Source: a virus
DNA length: 64,000 nt
Strand: one strand, 5' to 3'
Virus record (IMG/VR): IMGVR_UViG_3300048691_000181
Span: 32,001-96,000 of that record
In this document: piece by piece, positions 17,932-29,100 of the stretch
How positions within the stretch are numbered: position 1 is the stretch's first letter
Layout: every line of letters starts with the position of its first letter
Program-made: the position numbers and the translations under genes
The notes under the pieces: generated by a model
Database searches by the model: none
Told to the model about the DNA's origin: nothing
The model's input: only the letters and a program-made list of their open reading frames with translations

Positions 17932-20901
17932 ATGAAAAAGAAAATACAAAAACTTAGTCAAGGTGGAGATATTCTTGGAGGTATATCTAAATTTGCACCT
18001 CTGTTAAATATGGTAGCACCAGGATTAGGAACAGGCATAGGTGCTGTTGCGGGATTAGGTTCTTCCTACTTAAATAACCAAGAGATGAAACAGAAACAAG
18101 CAGAAATGGCTATGAACAATCCTGCTAACTATTCTAATCAGAATGCATTTGGTTATGCTCAAGGCGGTCCAGTTCTTCCTGCTCGAGACAATACATCTGT
18201 TCCTAATCCGATATTAAGACCTACGTGGATGGGAAATATGCAGAATCAACAACACTTCTATGCTCATAATTCTCCAACACAAGCGAATCTAAACATGATG
18301 AACATGTACGGACAAGGAGCTCAAGACCTAAATAACCAGAATGCAGCATATAAGAAATCTTTAACAAGTCCTTCTACATTAGGTTCTGTTATGGGCAACA
18401 CAGCCCTTGATGCTTTAGGCTTGTTTGGAGGCAATATGATTAAGCCTGCTGTCAAAGGCGTTCAAATGGGAAGTGCAAATAAAGTAGAAGACCTTATGCC
18501 ATTCTCTAATCTATTGAGATGGGCTGATGACATTAAGGTTCTTCCTAAGTCTAATATAGGATTTAAAGACGGTGGAGACTTGTCTAAATTAGCCCAAGGT
18601 GCTGGCTTAGTTACAGGAGCTCCTAATCAGATAGATGGTAATAACATGAACTATAAAGGTTCTCCAATAGCCCTTAATCATGGTGAGACCTTAGATACGA
18701 ATAAGGATAGAGTTATCTCTACCAATTACTTTAATCCTGTTACAGGAAAGAAAATAGTAGATGAAGATAAAGCGTTAAAGAGAAGTAGAGGGAAAGCAGA
18801 AAAGATACTTCAGAATGGTTCAGATGTAGCTGCCATGAATACTGTTAAATATACACAACAGAAAGAAGATGGACTCTATCGTATGCAAGAGATGATTGCT
18901 CAAATGGCAGGAGATAGGAATAGACCACAAGACCAACCTCCGCAAGGATATTACAAAGGTGGAGAGATTGGCAATGAACAAGGAGTTCCTCTAAACAAGT
19001 TCTATGAAGAGATGATGAATTCACAAGGAAGAGGCATTCAAGTAGAACAAGTTACAAATAACGATACTTTGAATCAAGTAATAGTAGATGCATCTAATAA
19101 AGCAGCTAAAAATATTAAACAGAATAAAAAGTCTATTGCTCATTCTGAAGATACGGCTAAGATTCAGAGAGAACTAAAAGCTCTTGGTTACGATTTAGGT
19201 AATTATGGGAATAAAGGCGTAGATGGTATATGGGGTAAGAAAACTGAATCTGCTTATAATGATTCGGTTAAGAAAGGAATATACTATAAAGAAGGAGAGT
19301 TAGATTTAACAGATGAGCAGCAAGGATATCAAGCGAAGTTTAAGCATGGCAATAAAGATACAGACGCTTTTCTTACTGGGCTTCAAAATTCTAATGCTCT
19401 AAAGTTTGATGAATTTAATAGTGGAAATGGATTACTCGATAGCATGATTTATGGACTTGGAGCGAATCAAAGAAAACATGATGAAAAAGTTCAAAAATGG
19501 TATGAAGCTCATCCTTACGAAGGTGTTCCTAAATCTTCTCTAATGAGTAAAGAAAACTCAATTCGCAAACAAAAGGTAAAAGCTGCTATTTCTAAAAAAG
19601 AGATGATTCGTCCTGATGATAGTTCAACTGTCATAGGTACTCCATTTGTGACCAATAGCACTACTAAAAAAAAAGAACCTGTTTCAGCTCCCATTAAATC
19701 TACTCCAAATTGGGAAAATGCTCCATTGATTGAAGCGTATAGAAATGACCCTGACAAGAGTAGTTATCGTAATGCGCCTAAAAAAGAAGAAGGCAATTCT
19801 ATGTTATGGCAAATGCTAACTATACTAAAGAATAACGAAGAAGGAAAATCATTAAGAAATGGTAGAGCTCAAGACGAAGTTACTAAGCAGGTATTATCTA
19901 AAAAGTATGTTACAGGTGGTCCAATAGACTGGGAAAAGAATATGCAAAACTTAGGGAATGTGAATCAACGCTATATGCCTGATGGTTCAGAGATTGACCC
20001 GATATACGGAACTAATCCTTTGCCATTAAGAACACCTATGATTCCAGACTCTATTCAGTCTATGTTTAATCCTGATGCTGGTAGGGGAGATAATGGCGCT
20101 TTCTTAAATAGGAGTAATCACTACATTACGGCGCCTTTGCCATTAGGAAGAGAAAAAGGAAGTCACGCATTAGATGTTCGAGTTAATCCTGATTTAGCTT
20201 CTTTGGATACAGACCCTTATGGGAATGCGCTTCAGACTGCTTTATCAGAGCAAGGAGCTGGCATTGATACTAAGTTTGCGCCTAAGCAACATAATCCTAA
20301 TTTCTGGTCTCAATCAACACAAGGAGAAAAGATAGGCATGGCAGGACAAGCAGCTTCTCTTATTGCTAAAGGAATAGAATCCTTTCAACCGCTTCAACAA
20401 CAAGCTACACGTCTTAATACAGCTCCTATTTCTTTAACTCAATTAGACCCTTCTTCTATCTTAAACAGAAATCAACAATCCTACCAATCAGCCTTAGCAG
20501 CCAATCAAGGCAATACCTCTAATCAGAATGTAGGTATACAACAAGCCTTATTTGCAAACAAGCTATCTGCGGATAATCAAGCACTTTCTCAATTTCAACA
20601 ACAGAATGCTTCGCTCAAAGATAACTATGAACAAAGATTGGCTCAACGTATGGGAGAGAATAATCAATCTGCTAACCAAACAGATGATATTATGGCAAGA
20701 CGTAGAGGAACACGAGAAAACATGAGAATGGGACTTTATGGAGATGTTGCTACTATGGGTATGAATGTAGGTAACTTGATGAATACACGTATGTCTAACC
20801 AAGCAGGCTTACAAATGATGAAAGGAATAGCACCTGATGTATGGGCTAATCAAATGAAAAATATGTCTCCAGCAATGAAGCAATACTTTGGACTTCAATA
20901 A
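17932..20901 (+). CDS. Internal virion (ejection/cargo) protein with peptidoglycan-binding domain
   Basis: Gly/Asn/Gln/Met-rich; IQRELKALGY...VDGIWGKKTESA (PG_binding_1-like) at ~19150-19260. Confidence 0.65.
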   Translation: MKKKIQKLSQGGDILGGISKFAPLLNMVAPGLGTGIGAVAGLGSSYLNNQEMKQKQAEMAMNNPANYSNQNAFGYAQGGPVLPARDNTSVPNPILRPTWMGNMQNQQHFYAHNSPTQANLNMMNMYGQGAQDLNNQNAAYKKSLTSPSTLGSVMGNTALDALGLFGGNMIKPAVKGVQMGSANKVEDLMPFSNLLRWADDIKVLPKSNIGFKDGGDLSKLAQGAGLVTGAPNQIDGNNMNYKGSPIALNHGETLDTNKDRVISTNYFNPVTGKKIVDEDKALKRSRGKAEKILQNGSDVAAMNTVKYTQQKEDGLYRMQEMIAQMAGDRNRPQDQPPQGYYKGGEIGNEQGVPLNKFYEEMMNSQGRGIQVEQVTNNDTLNQVIVDASNKAAKNIKQNKKSIAHSEDTAKIQRELKALGYDLGNYGNKGVDGIWGKKTESAYNDSVKKGIYYKEGELDLTDEQQGYQAKFKHGNKDTDAFLTGLQNSNALKFDEFNSGNGLLDSMIYGLGANQRKHDEKVQKWYEAHPYEGVPKSSLMSKENSIRKQKVKAAISKKEMIRPDDSSTVIGTPFVTNSTTKKKEPVSAPIKSTPNWENAPLIEAYRNDPDKSSYRNAPKKEEGNSMLWQMLTILKNNEEGKSLRNGRAQDEVTKQVLSKKYVTGGPIDWEKNMQNLGNVNQRYMPDGSEIDPIYGTNPLPLRTPMIPDSIQSMFNPDAGRGDNGAFLNRSNHYITAPLPLGREKGSHALDVRVNPDLASLDTDPYGNALQTALSEQGAGIDTKFAPKQHNPNFWSQSTQGEKIGMAGQAASLIAKGIESFQPLQQQATRLNTAPISLTQLDPSSILNRNQQSYQSALAANQGNTSNQNVGIQQALFANKLSADNQALSQFQQQNASLKDNYEQRLAQRMGENNQSANQTDDIMARRRGTRENMRMGLYGDVATMGMNVGNLMNTRMSNQAGLQMMKGIAPDVWANQMKNMSPAMKQYFGLQ

Positions 20902-20921
20902 CCTAAACAAAAAGAAACGCA

Positions 20922-23057
20922 ATGCCAATTAATCAATATTTTAACTACCAACCACTACAACAGGCAGACTATTCATTCCATGCACCATTAGAGATGATGG
21001 GTAAGACTTTGTCCTATCTTCAGGATAAGTCTGACAAGAACTATGCTGCATTAGGAGAAGTGCCAAGTCTGCTCAATGTTCCTGTTTTAGAAAAAGATGC
21101 TCAGTTAAGAGCCAATATAGAGAATAAGTATAGAGATAGGATTAAACAATTAGTCGATAAAACAGGAGGAGACTATTCTGGTGTCCAGAAAGATGTACTT
21201 GCTATCCAGAATGACCTTAGAAAAGACTTATCTTTCTCTGGAAACTTAGGCGCGTTGAAGTCTAACTATGACGAGTTTGGTGCTTACCAGAAAAGATTAA
21301 CAGACAATAAAACCCTAACGAACTACCAGCGTTCAGGTGCAATAAATACATCTCTAAAGAATTATCAAGGTGCAGGAGAGGTAGACGCTTTAACAGGCAA
21401 GTATAACCGATTCTCTGGTATAGACATAGATGGATTTGATGTCCAGAAACATTTGCACGATATTAGAGACCTTAAACCTTCATCAGAAGAACAGATAAGA
21501 ACTTATAAAGAAGGTAATGACATCATAGATAGAAAGTCTGCTGTTAAGGGTGTATCTTATAAGAATGCCTATGAAGTAGCCAAAGCTGACTTATTTTCCA
21601 ATCAGGCTTATCAACAACATAGGAGACAAATGGCAGCTATTGGAATGGCTATTGACCCGAGAGATGAACATGCTGCCTTAGATGCTTTTGCAGAACAAAG
21701 AAGCTTTAAAGAAGTATCAGATGACTTAAAGAGAACCAATACTGGTGATAGAGAATTTGCAGAAAGAAGAAGACACAATTTAATGATGGAAGGATATATG
21801 AAACCCGAACCTGTTGGACAATTAACATTAGAAGCTGGTAAAGGGAATGGAATACCATTAGAAAGAGAAATTAATACCACATCTAAATTAGAGCCAATTT
21901 ATGATAAAGACTTCATTGAACTGTCTGAAGGACAGGCATATCTTGGATATAAGCCAGTATCTAAAGGTGATGAAACATTAGACTATAATCACTCTTATGT
22001 TAAAACAGACCAATATGGAATATCTGGTCAAGCTCTAACAATGGCAGGTAACCAATTAATGAGAGGTCAAAAGACAGCATTGAAGATGAAAGAAGTTAAA
22101 GATAAAGATGGTAATAAGACTCAAGTACCCGTTCCTTTCTCTGAACTCAATATTGATGAGAAGCAAGCTCAATTAGGTGCATGGAATAAAGACAAGTCAA
22201 CTCAACAATCTCTTGTTCAGTTTACTAAGAATAACTATGGAACAATTGCACGTCAAAAGAACTTTACTTCCTCTTCAGTATTTACTATTGGAGATACTAA
22301 GAAACAAGATGAATTAGGTGGGTTGTATGAAGGTCAATCAGGATTGATTACTGTTTCAGATACCCAAGGTGCTTCACAAGGAACACTTCAAGACCAGATA
22401 TCGGCTTTCTCAAATACAGTAGGCGATGGCTCTAAAGTTAAAGTAACAGCAATTGGACCTTCTCCTTCAGCCAATCCTTCTGTAACAGGAAAGATGTCAG
22501 TTCGTCTTACTGTTCAAGGAAAGGCAGGACAACCTATTTCTAAGATACTATTCCTCGACAATCAAGACCCTGCTCTTCAACAGACTTATAAATCTGCTGT
22601 TGCAGCCTTTGCTCCTAATCAAGAGCAATTTGTATTTCAGCATAACGGAAAACCTGTACATTATGAAACATCTTATACAGAGTCTTTAACGTCTCCAGAT
22701 GGAAGTATATCTTCTATGTTTAGGGTTGCTCGACCTACTTCGCCATCAGAAATAGCAGAGAATAAGCGCTTAGGAATTGATGGGACTGCCTTCATAGACA
22801 ATGAAGCTGCTCTTAGCTTAGGCTCTCAAGTAGGTGTTAACCATACTATTATTGGCGGTAATAACAGAAAGGGATTAATTGAAGTGTTAGAGAATCTACC
22901 AAATGGCAAGTCTGTTAAAAAGACTTATCGGATTAATTCTCTAACACAATTGTATCCTTCTTTACAGGAAGCAACACCTCAATTAGCGCCATCTAAAGCA
23001 ACAAAGTCTACTCGTTATAGTCAATCCCAATCTTCAAGTTATTCGGAGAATGATTAA
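20922..23057 (+). CDS. Internal virion (ejection/cargo) protein
   Basis: 711 aa; helical N-terminus; lies between the tail genes and the vRNAP. Confidence 0.55.
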   Translation: MPINQYFNYQPLQQADYSFHAPLEMMGKTLSYLQDKSDKNYAALGEVPSLLNVPVLEKDAQLRANIENKYRDRIKQLVDKTGGDYSGVQKDVLAIQNDLRKDLSFSGNLGALKSNYDEFGAYQKRLTDNKTLTNYQRSGAINTSLKNYQGAGEVDALTGKYNRFSGIDIDGFDVQKHLHDIRDLKPSSEEQIRTYKEGNDIIDRKSAVKGVSYKNAYEVAKADLFSNQAYQQHRRQMAAIGMAIDPRDEHAALDAFAEQRSFKEVSDDLKRTNTGDREFAERRRHNLMMEGYMKPEPVGQLTLEAGKGNGIPLEREINTTSKLEPIYDKDFIELSEGQAYLGYKPVSKGDETLDYNHSYVKTDQYGISGQALTMAGNQLMRGQKTALKMKEVKDKDGNKTQVPVPFSELNIDEKQAQLGAWNKDKSTQQSLVQFTKNNYGTIARQKNFTSSSVFTIGDTKKQDELGGLYEGQSGLITVSDTQGASQGTLQDQISAFSNTVGDGSKVKVTAIGPSPSANPSVTGKMSVRLTVQGKAGQPISKILFLDNQDPALQQTYKSAVAAFAPNQEQFVFQHNGKPVHYETSYTESLTSPDGSISSMFRVARPTSPSEIAENKRLGIDGTAFIDNEAALSLGSQVGVNHTIIGGNNRKGLIEVLENLPNGKSVKKTYRINSLTQLYPSLQEATPQLAPSKATKSTRYSQSQSSSYSEND

Positions 23058-23088
23058 GATGAGACATATCAAACTAATCGCTATTGCC

Positions 23089-23096
23089 TATCTTTG
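23089..23096 (+). promoter_or_regulatory. Bacteroidota sigmaA -7 element
   Basis: TATCTTTG about 40 nt upstream of the giant ORF. Confidence 0.6.
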
Positions 23097-23135
23097 CCGT
23101 AAAAAATAAAACATAACTTCTAAATTCTACCTTTC

Positions 23136-26100
23136 ATGGACGAACAAGGACAAGACCCGTTTGCAGGAGGACTGCAACCACTAAAGAATACATACCAAAG
23201 ACAATTTCAGACATTAGATAAGCCGACAGAAATGGAGGCTTATAATGAATACGATAGAGGCTTTATTCCTAATTCAGGAATGAGTCAAGAACACAATAGA
23301 GCAAATAACCAGTCAAGTGGAGACTTACTTGCTAAGGCTGTTAAACGCTTAGCAATCTCTACTCCATTAAAGTTTGCTGAAAGTATCTCAGACTTAGGAG
23401 GTTTCTTGACAGGAACTTCAGCTATGGACAATCCATTATCTGTTGGATTAAGACAAGCAGAAGATGCATGGAAAGAAATGAATCCTGTTTATCGTTCTCA
23501 AAAGTATGACGAAGGAACAGTATGGGACAAGATGACATCTGGTTCATTCTTAGCTAATGACCTTATTGATGGTGTGGCTTATATGGCTTCAGCATGGGGT
23601 GGTACAAAGCTGATTGGTGCTGGTGTAGGAATGGCACTGAAGGCTACTATGCCTGAATTGGCATTAGCAGAAGCAGCAATGGCTAATGGTCAACAATTGA
23701 GTGGCGGTTCTAAGTTTGTCCAGACACTTCTTAATCGTGGCTTAGACGCCAATAATATTACACGTGGTACTGTAACAGCTTTAAATACGATTTCAGAAGC
23801 AACAGCAGAATCCGTAGACTCTTATACTCAAGTCAAACAAAACTTGCTCAGAAAGAAGCAATTAGGGCTTATGGGCCATTCTGGTTATGAGGACTATGCA
23901 AATATAGGAGATGACCAAATAGAATCTGAAGCAAGAAGTGCTTATAAGGAAACCTTTGTTGGTAATGCGGCTATCTTAATCCTGCCTAACTGGTTAGAAT
24001 CTGGTTGGTGGTTAGGAAAAGCAGGTAAAGCAGGTGCTCGTGCAACCTTAACAACAGCTTTCAGAGCAGGAGAAACGCAATTGGCTCAAGAGGCAGAAAA
24101 AATGGGTTTCAAACATGGAGCTATTGCTTTTGCTAAAGGCTTTGCTACGGAAGGCTTATGGGAAGAGAATCTTCAAGGCGCACTTCAAATGTACGAGAAG
24201 TCTATCTCTGACCCGACACTCTCTAATCGCGATAGAGGGCTATTTCCTGGCATTGCAGGCACTTTAAAGAATTCAGCAACAAACTTAGCAGGGTTTAGCA
24301 AAAGTCTCTTAGGAGGCAATATTGATGCCAATTCAGAAGAAGGTCAAGGTGCTATCTCTATCTGGTTAGGCGGTGCTTTAGGCTCTCCTATGGCATTGAT
24401 GGGTCATTACCGTGAACAAGTGGACAATAAGAAACAGAGAACAGAACTTCAGGCTGAGTTAGATAGAGCACATCAGAATAGTAAAATATTAGGTCATGGA
24501 TTCAATAAAGAGATAAACTTTGCTGTTGACTCGATTGAGAAAGATGATACTGGAAAGATAAAGAAAGATGCTGAAGGTAATCCTATTATCAAGTTTGATA
24601 TAGAGAAGAAGACTCGAGATTTGATTTCAGGATTTTTTAAAGAGATGTCTGCTAACCATGCTGTTTTAGCGGATATGGCAGACAATGAAATCTATGGTGC
24701 TGTTAATACACATTTCTCTGCCTTCAACGCGGCTATGGAAATAGAACAGTCAAGATGGGATAAAGGGATTAAGGATGTCTTTGCTGAAAGATTGGTTAAA
24801 AACTTTGAAGAGATGTCTAAGGGAACAGAAGCTGTACCAGAAAGTAAAGACGAACAAGGCAATGTTATACCAGCTCAAGAAGCTGTTGAAGGAACGAATG
24901 TAGGTAGAGGACTTTTTAAATTAGAGCTCTTAAACTCTTATCGTGACTTGTACCGTAATGAATATCAAGCAGCCTATAACAAAGCATTTAGAAGCTTTGA
25001 CGGCAATGACGAGAACAAGAAACGTTTCTTATTAGACATGGTTCAGAATAGAACGATTGAGATGTTTAGGTTACAGATGTTAAAGAGCTTGAGAGATGGT
25101 AATGGTTCTCTAACAACAGATGGTTTAGCAGAACCCTATATCAAGTCTAAGCAAGGAAGAGAAGACATAGAGAAGTTGATTGCCGAGAAAGAAGCTCAAA
25201 TAGAAAAGTTTAATCTTAGGACAAACTCGAAAGGCATAGAAGCAATGTATGGAGAATATCAGAAGTCTCAATCGGTAGATGATGTTCAGGAAGCATTGGG
25301 TAATGCAGTAAAAGAAGTAGCAGATTTAACCAAAGAACTTTCTGCAACAACAGAAACAGAGGTAGAGCAAACAACTAAAGATGCAGACGGCAAAGATGTA
25401 GTGACTAAAGTAAAGCAACAAGTAGGCATTTCAGAAGAAAAAAGAAAAGAGCTGAATCGGAAGATTCAAGAAAAGAAGAATGAAGTATTTCTTAAACGTC
25501 AAGAATATGAAGAACAGGCTGGTATTCACGCTAAGTCTATCTCAACCAACTTTTATCATGATAAAGACCTTGCAAAAGATGCCTTAGCTGGTAAAGATGT
25601 TAGAGGAATGGGACGTTACCAATATGAAAGGTTAGCTCATTCAAGAACTAAGATAGGTGGTAGATTTAGTAGATACCAGAATAGAAGAATGGGTCAAGTT
25701 CAAGATAGTCTTATCGCTCAAGTAGCGGCTAATATTCAAGCGAATAGAGAAAAGATGGCAGGGGACTTAACCTTAGTTGACCGTGTTCAAGACTTGATGG
25801 ACCAATATGAAGATGCACTACTTAATCCTCAAGCAGGTTCAGAAGAAATACGTCAACAATTACAAGAAAATGAAGAGAAGTCTCATCTATTATATCAAGA
25901 AGAAAAAGATTTAGATTTAAGATATACAGAAGAATTAAAGTATGCAACAACTTCTTTGTTGCGAAATCGCATTGATAAGACTTTCCAAAAACAAAGAGCC
26001 TTATTAAGTGAAAGAAGAGAGCTGTTAATTAACGAGTATAAAAACTTAGAGCAAGAATATAAAGACTTTGCTGATGACAAAGCCTTAGATATTATTGAAG

Positions 26101-29100
26101 AAATGCTTCAACTGATAACCCAGAATCAACGTGTCTTATTTCAAGCTTCTTTGTTTGATGGTTCTGTTATAGCTAAGTTTATGAATTTGGTTGAGACCAT
26201 TAGAGATAAATCAGAAAAGGCAATAGTAGAATACAATGACCTTATTGAACAAAGAGATGAGTTAGGGCAGAAGATTCAAGAAGGTGTATTTGATAAACCT
26301 ATCATAGAAGGATTACGAGAACTAAAGAATATAGACCTATATGGAATTAAACCAGAATACTTCTTATCTACGCCTATTGTTAAAGATGAAGATGAAGATG
26401 GTAATGAATTTGCTTTAGGTTTTGGTATAAGACAAGGAACACATATCTTTCCTTCTAATTTTGATGATGTAGTTGAACTTCAAAAGAACTTATTAAAGGC
26501 AATTAAAGCAAAGGATGATGCGCTTAACCAATATAAAACTCTTTTAAGTCAAATAGACGAGAAAGATTCTCTAACACGTAAATATGCAAATATTCTTAAT
26601 GGAGCAGAAGCTACAGCTGCTTTACCAGAAAGGGCTGGTTTAGAAGAAGCAGTTACTAAATATAAAGAGCATGTTAAAGAAAGAAGTAAACTTAATCTTG
26701 AACACACTAAGCTAAAGGACTATGATAAGAAAGCTCAATTAGCAATAGAAACAGAATGGTTGGTCAATCCTAATGAAGCTTACTTTAGACAATATCTCGT
26801 AGAACAAAATACGGATGATGTCTTAAACGCATTGTCTATCGAGTTCTCGAACATAGCTGCTGGTAAACTCTTTGATTCAGCTTTCGATATTGACGATAAA
26901 TCTACATGGACTATTCTTCCCGATGTAGCTTTTACAATGCCATTGGTTACTGCACGCTACTTTAAAGAGAAGTTAGAGGAAATAGTCAATATGACTAAGC
27001 ATACAACAGAAGATGAGACAGCAAAAGGAATTATAGAAGCCTATAAGAAAGTGTCTCAAATAATGGGGATGGGTAAATATGAGATTACACTGCCTAAAGC
27101 TCTCGATATGCTAAATGCCATTATTGCACACGAAGACAATCGTCAGAACATTAATATTGGTAGAATGGAAGCCTTTGAGAAGAATCAGAAAGCGTCACAT
27201 CAAGAAGTCTTAGATATTATTCATGGTTCAGATGCAATTAAGCTGGATGACTCTTATGGCCTATTTCGTGAGCTGCAAGCGATTAAATCCAGCGAGCGGT
27301 CTACTAAGAAGGCTGATGCTTTAAAGAGCTTAGAAGCAAAAGAAAAGGCTATCTTGCTTGAAGTAGATACTTTGATTGCACAGATGGGCATAACAGCATT
27401 GCCATCTGGTTATGAGTCTATGTCTGGTACGACCAAGCTGAATGCACTCTTATTCTCATTAGGTGGACTAAGTTCTTTTCTCTCTTTAGCAGGAGGAGAA
27501 AAGTTAAATGAACAGATGCGTGTAGCATTTAAGTTTCATGCCTTTGTTCGTGTGCTTCAATCAACAGGAGACATCAATCAGACACTCTACGAGATTTCTA
27601 AGGACGCTAAGTTAAATGATACTCAAAAAGCACAACTTACTGGCTTAATCACAAAGCTTACTTCCCTCTCTCCGATTGAGACAGCACAAGGATATTTGAA
27701 TTCTACGATTGGTGATAAAGGGAAGAATGATGCTAAGTATCAGGCTTTTGTAAATATCTTAACCAGTATAGATAAAGCACCTATGGATGGATTAGGCTAT
27801 TCGCCCAACTATCTTCAGATGAATGCCTTTATCGAATCAGTTATCAACTTCGACTTATCTCAAAAAGAGAACGAATCTCGTGTTACAGGCCTTAAAAAGA
27901 AGTTCAATTCGGACTCATTCCCTCAAGATGTCTTAGCTAAAGAATATATTAAAGACTTAAACGATAGACCTTTAAATGCGAGTTTACTCTTAGGCGTTTC
28001 TGGTTCAGGAAAAACAATAGGTACTCAACTCTTAATCAAATATTACTTAGCTGCTGGTTCAGGAAATAGACCTTCTGAAACAAAGAGAGTTCTCTTAGTA
28101 GGACATACTTCTGCTTCTTCAGAGAATCTAAAGAACGAAGCTGTTAGAACTATTCCTGCTGCTAATGCGATGACTGCTGTAACCAATGTCGAGTTCTATA
28201 ACATGACACCAGAGCAGCGTTCAGAGTTTGATTTGATTATTGCAGACGAACAGTTTACTCTTTCTACGGATGAGTTTAGAATATTCCAGAACGCGGGGAG
28301 AAATGCGTACAATGACGAAGGTGGCCCAGCAGTCTATGGTAAAGACGGATTAAAGATTCTTCAAACACCTGTTCTATTTATTATGGGTGACTCTTCTCAA
28401 CCACGAGGAGAGATTATGAACTACCTGACTGATTTAGAATCTGTTAAAGATGCTGCATATAAGTCGGTTAAGAGACTAACGCCATTGTCTATTGGCTATC
28501 GCGCTTCTGTTCAAGCCATAGAGTCTGTTGCTTACCAGTTTAAGTCCAGCACAGAGCATGTCCAACTGGAAACAACTGAAGCCAACAAGACAATAGAAGA
28601 GTTTAGAATTCAAGATAAGAACGCTATTATTGCCGCTAATGATAACCAAGCTTTAAAGGAATCTTTGTCTATCATTGGACTTATCTCTGATAATGATGCA
28701 GATGAACAAACACGTCAGAATAAGATATTAGACTTGGTTACACTCTTAGACAATAATACATCCACAGAGAAGACTGTTATTATTGTAGCCAACGAGAAGA
28801 AGAAGCAAGCATATATTGAAGGTTTAGTTAGGCTTAGTCCAAACATTAAGCCTGATTACGCAAAAGAAGGAAGGATTCAAGTAATGACCTTTAATGACGT
28901 TCAAGGGAGAACCTTTGATAACGTCTTAATCGACTATGTACCTACGGACAAGATGGTTCAGAGAAGTGTTGTCTTTAATCCTGCAACAAGAAAATATGAA
29001 CAGAAATATACAGAGATAGCCTTAGCCGACTTACAATTAGCTGTCGGTTCAGAATACAAGAAGAACTCTAATGTCTATATGGCTATAACAAGAGGAAAGA

